Shown: positions 9,445 through 17,678, counted from the first letter of the stretch. The stretch: DNA of 64,000 bases from Christensenellales bacterium (GCA_050945795.1 JBMNTP010000001.1:230879-294878); one strand, 5' to 3'. Program-made: numbers and translations. Notes: generated from the sequence alone by a model not told the origin.

Positions 9445-10974
9445 TCAATCCTCTGTATCCGGCGGATTTGTCTGCCCGCCGTTGTCCCCGCCGTTTTGGT
9501 CGGTAGGCGGCGAGGTCGGCGTCGGCTCTTGCGTTTCAACCGGCTCCGGCGGCTTCGGGGGCCCCATTATTTTTGTGCCGTTATAAGCCATATACTTTGT
9601 TTCGGCGATAAATTCAGGCTCTCTCACCTCAACGCCGTTTTTATAATAATGCTTATACGATTTGAATATAGAGCCGCTGCGCCTTTGTACAGTCGTCTCC
9701 TCATATCCCGGCGGCTTGCTGTTATCAACGGTAATAAGCATCTCACCCGACGGCTCTACCGTTCCCGTCTGTTCGGACGAGAGACGTATTTCATCATACT
9801 CATCCGGCAGCGGCACGCCGTATATCTCAAAATGCAGCTTTTTGCTGTTATCTGTCCAGCAGAATATATAAACATCGCTATCGGTATGATTTTTGTATTT
9901 AAAATCTATGGTATCGGTATTTATAGTAGCGTCAAGCCCGCCGCCTATATACCCTACCCGCCTTGAGTGCGCCCTGCGATACACTATCTCAAGGTCAGAT
10001 TTTAGCACCGCCGCGTACATAGTGCTTGATACCTGGCATACGCCACCACCCGCCTGATCCTCACTGCCGCCTTGCACATACGCGGGAGCCGGCTGCCAGC
10101 CCAGCGCATACGTCCGCCTGCCCAGCACGGTATTTGTCGAAAACTCTTCGCCCGGCTTAAGCACATGCCCGTTTACCATATCCGTCGCTTTCTTTACATT
10201 GAAAACGCGCTCCGCCCTGTTATACGGGCTGTTAGCGAACGATGTTGTAGCAGTTCCACGCAATACTACTTTAGCCTTTAGATCCTCTATACTTATTTGC
10301 GCCGGTATCTCTATAACCGGCACTTCAATATCGCCGTAATTCTTGCTTTGTATTTGCCCCTTAACGGCTCCAAGCAACGCCGCCTCTTCAACGTCTACGC
10401 CGTTTTGCTCTTCTACAAACGTAAACCATTCCTTGATCTTATCCTTGTCTACCTCAACAGACGCATCTACCGGCTCGCTGTTTATCTGCGCCGCGACGCC
10501 GGACAGCCTTTGCGCTATCGACGCTTCATCAACGGTATACTCTGTCGTAAACTCTCTGCCTTCGCGCTTAATAGCGTCAACCTCAGCCGAAACCGACATA
10601 ACGCTGCCTTCGCGCCCTAAAAGCATGGCTTCTTCCATAACCTCGTCTATATTATCGCTTATGCTAAAATCCGCCGATGTAAGCGTAAAATGGCTGCCGG
10701 CATGGCTCATATTTATATTAATTTCGTCCAGCCGCCTTGCCATACCCGCCTCTATCTCCGGACTAGCCTGCGCGATAGTCATACCCGACACATCAATACC
10801 GTCTATTGATATACCTTCATGGAATGTTCCCGTCGCCAAAAGCTCTTGCCGCTCATCATCCGATAGATGATTGCTTTTAAATAAACTGATGCCAATAAAA
10901 ACCAGCGCCACCGCTAAAACCGCGACAATCGCCAGTACTAATTTCTTTTTCGCTACTTTTCTTTTAGCTTTCAT
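9445..10974 (-). CDS. Membrane-anchored VanW domain protein (PG_binding_4-like N-domain, VanW core, G5-like C-domain, Pro-rich tail)
   Basis: N-terminal TM anchor. VanW core reads GGGVCQVSSTMYAAVLKSDLEIVYRRAHSRRVGYIGGGLDATIN. C-terminal tail reads PPKPPEPVETQEPTPTSPP. Confidence 0.85.
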   Translation of the reverse strand: MKAKRKVAKKKLVLAIVAVLAVALVFIGISLFKSNHLSDDERQELLATGTFHEGISIDGIDVSGMTIAQASPEIEAGMARRLDEININMSHAGSHFTLTSADFSISDNIDEVMEEAMLLGREGSVMSVSAEVDAIKREGREFTTEYTVDEASIAQRLSGVAAQINSEPVDASVEVDKDKIKEWFTFVEEQNGVDVEEAALLGAVKGQIQSKNYGDIEVPVIEIPAQISIEDLKAKVVLRGTATTSFANSPYNRAERVFNVKKATDMVNGHVLKPGEEFSTNTVLGRRTYALGWQPAPAYVQGGSEDQAGGGVCQVSSTMYAAVLKSDLEIVYRRAHSRRVGYIGGGLDATINTDTIDFKYKNHTDSDVYIFCWTDNSKKLHFEIYGVPLPDEYDEIRLSSEQTGTVEPSGEMLITVDNSKPPGYEETTVQRRSGSIFKSYKHYYKNGVEVREPEFIAETKYMAYNGTKIMGPPKPPEPVETQEPTPTSPPTDQNGGDNGGQTNPPDTED

Positions 10975-11317
10975 ACTCCGCTCCTTTCATCGCCACTCGA
11001 TCAGCCACCGCCTGCATAAGCTCGTCCACACCAACGATATATCGGCTTCTGGTAATGATTTCGCTCGCTTCCGCCACGATCGCCTGCTCGCGCGTTATAA
11101 CATTGAAATATATTTTATCCTTCAGGTTACAGGTATCCGAGCCTATAAGCCCCTTTAGCTCCATCTTCCTTAAAAAGGAATGATATGTCTTATAGCACCA
11201 GCTTATATTCGGGCATCGCTCCTGCACCGAGGCAATTATCTGTTTCATAGTTTTAGGCCGGCTGCCCCACATAGCGCTAAGCAGCACCAGCTCGCAATCG
11301 AGCAGCCTTTTATTCAT
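10964..11317 (-). CDS. BlaI/MecI/CopY family winged-helix transcriptional repressor
   Basis: The pattern LLDCELVLLSAMW...MKQIIASV...WCYKTYHSFLRKMELKGLI matches the penicillinase-repressor family. The ATG at 11317 is preceded by AAGGGTG. The 3' end overlaps the VanW start by 11 nt. Confidence 0.8.
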   Translation of the reverse strand: MNKRLLDCELVLLSAMWGSRPKTMKQIIASVQERCPNISWCYKTYHSFLRKMELKGLIGSDTCNLKDKIYFNVITREQAIVAEASEIITRSRYIVGVDELMQAVADRVAMKGAEYES

Positions 11318-11368
11318 TACTATCACCCTTTTTAGTATGGCTTACCATTTAGTATGGTTTTCCAAATA

Positions 11369-11407
11369 TCTGTCTGCATTTTACAAGACAGAGCCGGTCG
11401 CTGTCAA
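11369..11407 (-). promoter_or_regulatory. Promoter of the blaI-like/vanW operon with an inverted repeat across the -10
   Basis: On the minus strand, TTGACA (11407-11402), an 18-nt spacer, then TAAAAT (11383-11378). The 6-bp inverted repeat CTGTCT/AGACAG (11369-11390) brackets the -10. CCATACTAAA is directly repeated in the 5' UTR (about 11336-11362). Confidence 0.5.
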
Positions 11408-11646
11408 TATATTCTCACCGCTCTATCGTTGCGTTATTCCGTTAAAATCCCAGTTTTTGGCTTACGCATTAGCTTTATCATATTAAAAATATTTTTACTA
11501 TGATATATTGCCGCTGTTTTTGCGGTTCATGGTATGATAAACTAATGAAAGCATAGTTAAACGCTCGGCATTACCCGAGCGTTTACTATAATTACCACGG
11601 CGATTATAAATGCCGCGAATACAGCGTTAAGGCATATACCGCCATA

Positions 11647-11674
11647 TTGACAAACGCGCCGATTGGATTAGAAT
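11647..11674 (+). promoter_or_regulatory. Sigma-A-type promoter for the S-component-like gene
   Basis: TTGACA (11647-11652), a 16-nt spacer, then TAGAAT (11669-11674). Confidence 0.5.
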
Positions 11675-11713
11675 ATAAGCACGCGCGCACCAAAAAACAA
11701 AAGAGGGATGACA

Positions 11714-12265
11714 ATGAAGAAAAACAACGCTCTAAGGAACATGATAATCGCCGGTCTGCTTTGCGCCATAGGCATACTGATACCCCGCATATCGCCTATA
11801 AGGATTGTTCTTGAGCCGGCGTCGTTTACTTTGGCCAGCCATGTCGCCATATTCATTGCCATGTTCATATCTCCCGGCGTAGCGGGCGCCGTAGCAGTTG
11901 GCACTACCCTTGGCTTCCTTTTTGGCGGCTTTCCTATTGTTATAGTAGCGCGCGCCGCGTCTCAGGTTGTATTTGCGGTGGCGGGAGCGTTTTTCTATAA
12001 AAAACATCCGCATGTCATGGATTCGCTGTGGAAATCACAGCTCTTCTCCTTTTGCATAGCTTTGGTACACGGAGCTATGGAGGTTATAGCGGTGCTGCCC
12101 TTCTATTTTACAAACACGCTTGCTTCCGGTTTTTATGAAAAAGGCTTTATGTTCGCCGTTATACTTATGGTGGGCGTAGGTACAGTTGTACACAGTATGG
12201 TCGACTTTGGCATAGCGCAACTGATATGGCGCCCGCTTAAAAAGGCGCTGCGCTCGTCTCAATAA
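11714..12265 (+). CDS. Small polytopic membrane protein, ECF-transporter S-component-like (substrate unknown)
   Basis: About 5-6 predicted TM helices in 183 aa, with an S-component-like HVAIFIAMFISP segment. Start at the second ATG, 6 nt after AAGAGGG. Confidence 0.5.
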   Translation: MKKNNALRNMIIAGLLCAIGILIPRISPIRIVLEPASFTLASHVAIFIAMFISPGVAGAVAVGTTLGFLFGGFPIVIVARAASQVVFAVAGAFFYKKHPHVMDSLWKSQLFSFCIALVHGAMEVIAVLPFYFTNTLASGFYEKGFMFAVILMVGVGTVVHSMVDFGIAQLIWRPLKKALRSSQ

Positions 12266-12286
12266 ATATATTATTTTATAAATAGC

Positions 12287-12322
12287 AAAGCCGCCTTGCC
12301 CGCATGTTCGGGAGGCGGCTTT
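12287..12322. terminator. Bidirectional terminator between the S-component-like gene and fabD
   Basis: AAAGCCGCCT...AGGCGGCTTT stem with an inner CCCG/CGGG extension. T-rich on both sides. Confidence 0.75.
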
Positions 12323-12341
12323 ATAGCGTTCAATTCTATTC

Positions 12342-13280
12342 TTATAATAAAGCCGACAGCGTATCCTCCAAAGTTTTTATGTCGCCTATGCGCATTATTT
12401 TTACCCCCCTGCCAAGAGTACGCTTTACAAAGCCGCCGAGCACTTTACCCGGCCCCAGCTCTACAAACGCCTTGACGCCTTCATCGCTCATGCGCCTTAT
12501 ACAGCTTTCAAACCGCACCGGCAGAGTAAGCTGCTCAATAAGGCGATCTTTCACCTCATCCGGCTCTGTCGAAAGCGATGCGTCGGTATTCGCGGCGACA
12601 GGCATTAGTGGCTTATGAAACTCCATGCTATTAGCGAACGCCTTAAACTCCTCCGCAGCCGGCTGCATAAGCGGGCAATGCGAAGGTATGCTTACATTAA
12701 GCCTTGTAAACATAATCCCGCCTTCAGCGCACATGCTCTCAACTTCCGCCACCCCTTCAACGCTGCCGGATACAACTGTTTGACCGGGGCAGTTGTAGTT
12801 TGCCGCCCATACATCGTTTTTGGCCTTCTCGCACATCTTTTCAACCTCTAAAGCGTCCGGCCCGATTATAGCCGACATACCCCCGACGCCGGGCGGCACG
12901 CAGCGCTGCATAGCCTTAGCCCTAAGGCTTACCAACCTCAGCCCGTCTTTAAAGTCCAGCGCACCCGACACAATAGCCGCCGCGCATTCGCCCAGAGAAA
13001 AGCCGCAGACGATATCCGCCTTAAGACCTAATTGTTCTGCAAGCCTCGCTATCGCTACCTCAAGCGTTACCATGCATGGCTGTGTGTTCTCAGTAAGGCT
13101 AAGAAGCTCGCTGTCGCCGTCAAAGCATATGCTTCGTATCGGCATAGCAAGCGCATCCTCAGCCTCTTCAAAAGTTGTTCTTACTATATCGTATTTTTCA
13201 TATAAATCATTGCCCATGCCGGGGAACTGAGCGCCCTGCCCCGGAAAAATAAAAGCTGTTTTCAAACTCGCCACCTCCAT
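12342..13280 (-). CDS. fabD: Malonyl-CoA:ACP transacylase
   Basis: FIFPGQGAQ motif and active-site GFSLGE. Length is 312 aa. Confidence 0.9.
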   Translation of the reverse strand: MEVASLKTAFIFPGQGAQFPGMGNDLYEKYDIVRTTFEEAEDALAMPIRSICFDGDSELLSLTENTQPCMVTLEVAIARLAEQLGLKADIVCGFSLGECAAAIVSGALDFKDGLRLVSLRAKAMQRCVPPGVGGMSAIIGPDALEVEKMCEKAKNDVWAANYNCPGQTVVSGSVEGVAEVESMCAEGGIMFTRLNVSIPSHCPLMQPAAEEFKAFANSMEFHKPLMPVAANTDASLSTEPDEVKDRLIEQLTLPVRFESCIRRMSDEGVKAFVELGPGKVLGGFVKRTLGRGVKIMRIGDIKTLEDTLSALL

Positions 13281-13366
13281 TAATCACTGCCTTACTAAAT
13301 ATCGTTTATAGCTTAAGCATTACACAATTATAACAGATGATATGCAATTGCAAAAGCAAGCTCTTC

Positions 13367-13640
13367 TTACCTTTCTTTTATAAAAAAGGAAGGTAATACC
13401 AAAGAAGATCTGTTTCGCGAATTTCGTATGTATATTAGATAGGTTCCTATGCCCGAACCAAGCAAAGCGCCTTTAGGTAGTTTAAAGCTGCGCCTTTCTG
13501 TTCCTAAGATGCCGCATATGCGGCATCTTGCAAAGTTTGGGATCAAACCCTTTTTAAAGGGTTTGCCGCCGGAGGCAACACTTCTACTACAGCAGGCCGG
13601 AGGCAACCATACCCCTGCCAAGGTTTGCCGCCGGAGACAA
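13367..13640 (+). repeat. Intergenic modular repeat, copy B
   Basis: Same module order. A 48-nt stretch AAAGTTTGGGATCAAACCCTTTTTAAAGGGTTTGCCGCCGGAGGCAAC is identical to copy C. Three CCGGAG(G/A)CAA sub-repeats lie at 13569, 13597 and 13631. Confidence 0.8.
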
Positions 13641-13650
13641 TACTAAGCCG

Positions 13651-14313
13651 CTATTTAGCCGCCTTGACACCGGTATTTTCGGCTTGCTGTTTCCCAGCCT
13701 GACCGGAAGTTTCCTTGTCCTTCTCCTTATCTTTAAGCCTGTTTAAAAGCTCGCTTTTTCTTTTATTAAAAACCGCCTCAAGCTCTTCCCTGCTTTTTTC
13801 CTTGCCGCCATCGACCGCCTTAGTCTCAACGGCAACGCAAACGCTCTGCCTCGCCTCGCTCCCGCCGGCAGTTACAAACACTATACCCCGCCCCAGCGTC
13901 AATATATTTTTCGCAGGTATAAGCTCTCCGCTTATAAGCTCCAGCGATATAATAGCGCCTGTTCGCTCATCGATTGTGTACTCCGCCACCTCGCCTATTA
14001 CCTCGCCCTCGTTTGTAACGACGCGGCTGCCGTTTATATCGCGCCCGAAATACGATGTTGCGGCATCCTCCTGCTGTCGCCAAAAAGGCACCAGTCCGGA
14101 GGAATTTTCTGTTGTAAGCATTTCAGGCGCTATGCCGTCCGCTTTTTCAAGCGGCAGCGCTTTAAGTCCAAAGCACCCCGCCCCGGTATCGACCGATAGC
14201 AGCCGCACCGTCTTTTTTACGGCGTCTATTATAAGATCTTCAATCATCCCGCACGCTTTTCCATCCTCAACGCTAAAAAGCGGGAGTCCAACTATCTCAC
14301 ACGATTTTTTCAT
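13651..14313 (-). CDS. PRC-barrel domain protein (two PRC-like modules, Lys/Glu-rich tail)
   Basis: EIVGLPLFSVEDGKACGMIEDLIID and a second VVTNEGEVIGEVAEYTIDERTG resemble YlmC/YmxH-type PRC barrels. Confidence 0.65.
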   Translation of the reverse strand: MKKSCEIVGLPLFSVEDGKACGMIEDLIIDAVKKTVRLLSVDTGAGCFGLKALPLEKADGIAPEMLTTENSSGLVPFWRQQEDAATSYFGRDINGSRVVTNEGEVIGEVAEYTIDERTGAIISLELISGELIPAKNILTLGRGIVFVTAGGSEARQSVCVAVETKAVDGGKEKSREELEAVFNKRKSELLNRLKDKEKDKETSGQAGKQQAENTGVKAAK

Positions 14314-14404
14314 TTCCTGCCTCCTTTAAAGCCTTCTGGCAAGCTTAATATATATTTTCCATCATTGCCGCATTTGCGCGCTTCAATACAGTTCCCCCGT
14401 ATAT

Positions 14405-15292
14405 TTACGCGCCTTCTTTTCTCGCCCCTCCATACATGCCCCTAAGCAGCGACACCGCCGCCAGCGCCACACACGCGCCTGCCGCTATCAGATAATACGT
14501 CTGCCTGCCAAAGATCAGCCACGCCGCCGCTATAGTCGCGGCGCACAGCATATACCTTGCCGCCCTAACCTTAGACAGCGCGTCTCGCTGCCTTTTCGCC
14601 CGCGCCCTGTTCTCTATAACCGCCTCGGCGCGTATCGCCGCATCGACCTGCTCATCTCCTGCCAGCACGCCAAACCTTTTTCCCGCCTTTAGCAGCTTCT
14701 CTTGTCCCGGCAGCTCAACACCGGGCGATTTTAAGCGGGCGGCGGCGGCTTTTGCCTGGTCACCCGCCGCGCTTGAAGAATACAATATGCACATCGACGC
14801 CCTAGCTCTTACCGCCCTTTTCCATGCCGAAGCTATATCCTGCGGCGTCAGCGGCATTTCAGGATGCGTTAAAAGTATTTCCCCATATATCCTCACGCCG
14901 CCCCGCCTCGCCGTATATCCCTGCCCCGTTTTCGCCTTTATCTCGGCGCCGGATGCCGATAACGCCGAGCGCAGCAACGCCATCGCCTTATCCTCTGGCA
15001 ATAGCGCCAGTTTTTCAAGCGAGCATCGCCTGCGGATGCCGGAGCGTAGCTTTTTAAGCTTCATACCGTATCGGATTTTCTTATGCATGGATAAAGCTAT
15101 TGAAAGGCAGCCAGCAACACAAAGCGCTAGTATAAAAGCCAACAGCGGTATTTTTGTAAGGTATAAAAACCATACATATAAAGCGAAACCCATAAACAGC
15201 CTTATGCCGACAGCGTCAAGTATAGCCGCAACACGAGTTTTACCGCTCAGCTTTCTTTTTAAATACGACTTTACCATACTGCTTTCCATCAT
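14405..15292 (-). CDS. Hypothetical membrane protein (2 N-terminal and 2 C-terminal TM helices flanking a soluble Ala/Arg-rich domain)
   Basis: Long ORF with a plausible TM pattern. No family recognised by eye. Confidence 0.5.
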   Translation of the reverse strand: MMESSMVKSYLKRKLSGKTRVAAILDAVGIRLFMGFALYVWFLYLTKIPLLAFILALCVAGCLSIALSMHKKIRYGMKLKKLRSGIRRRCSLEKLALLPEDKAMALLRSALSASGAEIKAKTGQGYTARRGGVRIYGEILLTHPEMPLTPQDIASAWKRAVRARASMCILYSSSAAGDQAKAAAARLKSPGVELPGQEKLLKAGKRFGVLAGDEQVDAAIRAEAVIENRARAKRQRDALSKVRAARYMLCAATIAAAWLIFGRQTYYLIAAGACVALAAVSLLRGMYGGARKEGA

Positions 15293-15359
15293 TTACCTCA
15301 CCGTATATATATTTGCCGCATTCTCTTATATTTATGCCTTCCACTCTTATCTTTTCAAT

Positions 15360-16631
15360 TTGCCTAAATTCGTTTATACTAATAGAAACAAAAGCTTTGT
15401 TAAAACTAAGCGCAGTAGAGGCAGGTGGAATACCATACAAAAACGCATAGGAATACTCGGGGGCACCTTCGACCCCATACATAACGGGCATATAGCCATA
15501 GCCTGTCAGGCCAGCGTACAATTCAATCTTGAAGAGATGCTGGTTATACCTCTTGGCATACCGCCGCATAAGCCGACTCCCGCCGCAACGCCGGAGCAGC
15601 GGCTCGAAATGGCGCGCCTCGCCTCTCTCGGCATAGACAATATGCGGGTATTAGATATGGAGGTGGCTCGCGCCGGCACCACATACACAATAGATACGCT
15701 GCGCCGCCTTCGCCTTGAATATCCAAAGCATACGCGCTTTTTCTATATAATAGGCGCCGATACATTAGGCGAGCTGCACACCTGGAAAAATATATCCGAG
15801 GTAGCCGGCCTTACCGACTTTATCTGCTTTTTCCGCCCCGGCATATCGGCCCGGGAAATGGCGGATCGCGCCGCCGCCTCTTTTGATATGCTGGGCAAGC
15901 GTGTATATACCGCCGAATTCGATGGCGACAACGTATCTTCAACATTTGTAAAACAAATAGCCGCGAAAGGGCTGCCGGTATACGGTCTTGTGCCGCGTGT
16001 AGTAGCGGCGTATATACACTCAAGCAACATATACTCTGATGCGCAACATATTGAAAGCGTTGACAGAGATGAACTATGCCAGCTTGTAATGCGTATGATA
16101 AAACCGGCTAAATACCGGCATACGCTTGGCGTTGAGCAATCGGCAATAGAGCTGGCGCGTCGCTTTGATGAGGACGAAAACAAAGCGTCATTTGCCGCGC
16201 TCGCGCATGACTGCGCTAAGGAGTGCAAAGGCAATCTTGTAGAATTTGCCGCTAAATACGGATTAACATCTGTAGCCTCGCAATATGCCGAGCTGCCGCC
16301 CGCCATTATACACGCCCCGCTTGGCGCAGACGCTGCGAGGCTGCTTTTTGGCATAACCGACCCCGACATACTCTCGGCCATTAAATGGCATACTACTGGC
16401 AGAGCAGGCATGTCCCGCCTGGAAAAAATAATATACTTAGCCGACCTTATAGAGCCGAACCGCAACTGCCCCGGCATAGATGCCATAAGGGCGGCGGCCA
16501 AAAACAATCTTGATACCGCTGTGCTTATGGCGATGGATAACTCAATAGAATATGTGCTTTCCTCCGGCCATCAGCTCGACCGGCACACAATAGAGGCGCG
16601 AGAGCATCTGGCCCGGAGCATGAATAAATAA
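15360..16631 (+). CDS. nadD: Fused nicotinate-nucleotide adenylyltransferase (NadD) / HD-domain Ap4A hydrolase (YqeK)
   Basis: NadD motif GILGGTFDPIHNGH, followed without a stop by YqeK-type HD motifs (RHTLGV, ALAHDCAKE, KWHTTG, IIYLADLIEPNR). The only canonical in-frame start near the homology is TTG 15360, which has no SD. AGGTGG-6 nt-ATA sits at 15435. Confidence 0.85.
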   Translation: MPKFVYTNRNKSFVKTKRSRGRWNTIQKRIGILGGTFDPIHNGHIAIACQASVQFNLEEMLVIPLGIPPHKPTPAATPEQRLEMARLASLGIDNMRVLDMEVARAGTTYTIDTLRRLRLEYPKHTRFFYIIGADTLGELHTWKNISEVAGLTDFICFFRPGISAREMADRAAASFDMLGKRVYTAEFDGDNVSSTFVKQIAAKGLPVYGLVPRVVAAYIHSSNIYSDAQHIESVDRDELCQLVMRMIKPAKYRHTLGVEQSAIELARRFDEDENKASFAALAHDCAKECKGNLVEFAAKYGLTSVASQYAELPPAIIHAPLGADAARLLFGITDPDILSAIKWHTTGRAGMSRLEKIIYLADLIEPNRNCPGIDAIRAAAKNNLDTAVLMAMDNSIEYVLSSGHQLDRHTIEAREHLARSMNK

Positions 16632-16648
16632 ATCAAGGAGGGGATAGA

Positions 16649-17017
16649 TTGTCGAATACTCAACATATCGAAGAAATGCTTTCAACACTTTATGATGGCA
16701 AAGCCGAGGACATACTCGTACTCGAAACATCCAAGCTCACCATAATCGCCGACTATTTCATAATATGCAGCGGTCGCTCCAGCATACAGGTAAAATCGTT
16801 AAGCGACAAGCTTGAGGAGGCTATGGAGGCGCACGGCATAACGGCAACGCGAAAAGAAGGCTATCAGGCCGGAAGATGGATTGTGCTTGATTACAGCGAT
16901 GTGCTTGTTCACATATTCCACAGCGAGGAACGCGAGTTTTATAACCTTGAGCGGCTGTGGACAGACGGCGAAAACTGCCGTAACTATTCGGCGCAAAGAG
17001 AAAGCGCCAAAGCCTAA
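16649..17017 (+). CDS. rsfS: Ribosome silencing factor RsfS
   Basis: ADYFIICSGRSSIQVKSL...WIVLDYSDVLVHIF...REFYNLERLW is typical of RsfS. TTG start lies 7 nt after AAGGAGG. Confidence 0.9.
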   Translation: MSNTQHIEEMLSTLYDGKAEDILVLETSKLTIIADYFIICSGRSSIQVKSLSDKLEEAMEAHGITATRKEGYQAGRWIVLDYSDVLVHIFHSEEREFYNLERLWTDGENCRNYSAQRESAKA

Positions 17018-17080
17018 AACTAAAATAGTAGTTACATCTATAAACAAATATGCAAATATGCTTATAATAGCACCTAAAAA

Positions 17081-17100
17081 AGAGGCGGTTCTCCGCCTCT
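17081..17100. terminator. Bidirectional terminator after rsfS
   Basis: AGAGGCGG-ttct-CCGCCTCT stem, flanked by an A-run and T-rich sequence. Confidence 0.75.
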
Positions 17101-17165
17101 TTAGATGTTTATATTTATATTAAGATGCAAATGCTATCTCTTTGGCTTCCGCTTCAGTTTTAGTT

Positions 17166-17678
17166 TTACTCAGCCGCTTTTTTCATCAATATGTCTGCGC
17201 CATGTATGGTATCGTTCCAGTATTTTTGTATTTCATGAATTATTTGTTCTCTATACTGCACGCCGAAAAAGTGTTCATCAAACTGCTTGATGTTTCGAAA
17301 AAGCAAAGGGTAACTCTCTCCTCCAATAAAGCATATCATGCATGACTTTGTAATCTTGGCGTATGGATTAGGATAAATCGCTATCGCGTGTATCTCATCC
17401 CATTTAAGAGAATATATCTCTTTCCTCTTATGATACTCTACGCCTTTTTCATCAATCCTAACATTATAAGAATATATACCATATATCAAATCCCATATGT
17501 GTTTTATAAGAAGGCCTATTATGAAAAGCATAAACAAGTATATAAATATGCTAAACTCCTGTGTCGCACGTTCATACCTTAGCATGAAAACTAATAAAGG
17601 AAATATTGCAACTAAACCACCTATGGATATTACAGACATTAATATCGTATACCTCTTTTTTAATACTGTTATTTTCAC
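17166..17678 (-). CDS. Hypothetical membrane protein in an AT-rich islet (2 TM helices plus about 100-aa soluble domain)
   Basis: ORF of 170 aa. No recognisable family. Start (GTG 17678 or ATG 17639) is uncertain. Confidence 0.45.
   Translation of the reverse strand: MKITVLKKRYTILMSVISIGGLVAIFPLLVFMLRYERATQEFSIFIYLFMLFIIGLLIKHIWDLIYGIYSYNVRIDEKGVEYHKRKEIYSLKWDEIHAIAIYPNPYAKITKSCMICFIGGESYPLLFRNIKQFDEHFFGVQYREQIIHEIQKYWNDTIHGADILMKKAAE

Noticed and set aside
11500-11556. 18-codon Cys-rich mini-ORF (MIYCRCFCGSWYDKLMKA) followed by a hairpin, considered as a possible leader or bacteriocin-like peptide
   Set aside because: It has no SD upstream, is very short, and has no adjacent modification or export genes. 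It cannot be distinguished from chance.
13367-13646. ORFs in the repeat copies (13367-13621 minus, 13449-13646 plus, 60240-60521 plus, 60245-60511 minus) sharing peptides such as ASGGKPFKKGLIPNF and FGIKPFLKGLPPEAT
   Set aside because: The shared peptides come from palindromic DNA that is conserved at the nucleotide level, so both strands look conserved. The frames diverge through indels immediately outside the palindromes. In copy A the frame stops after 25 codons. No SD is present.
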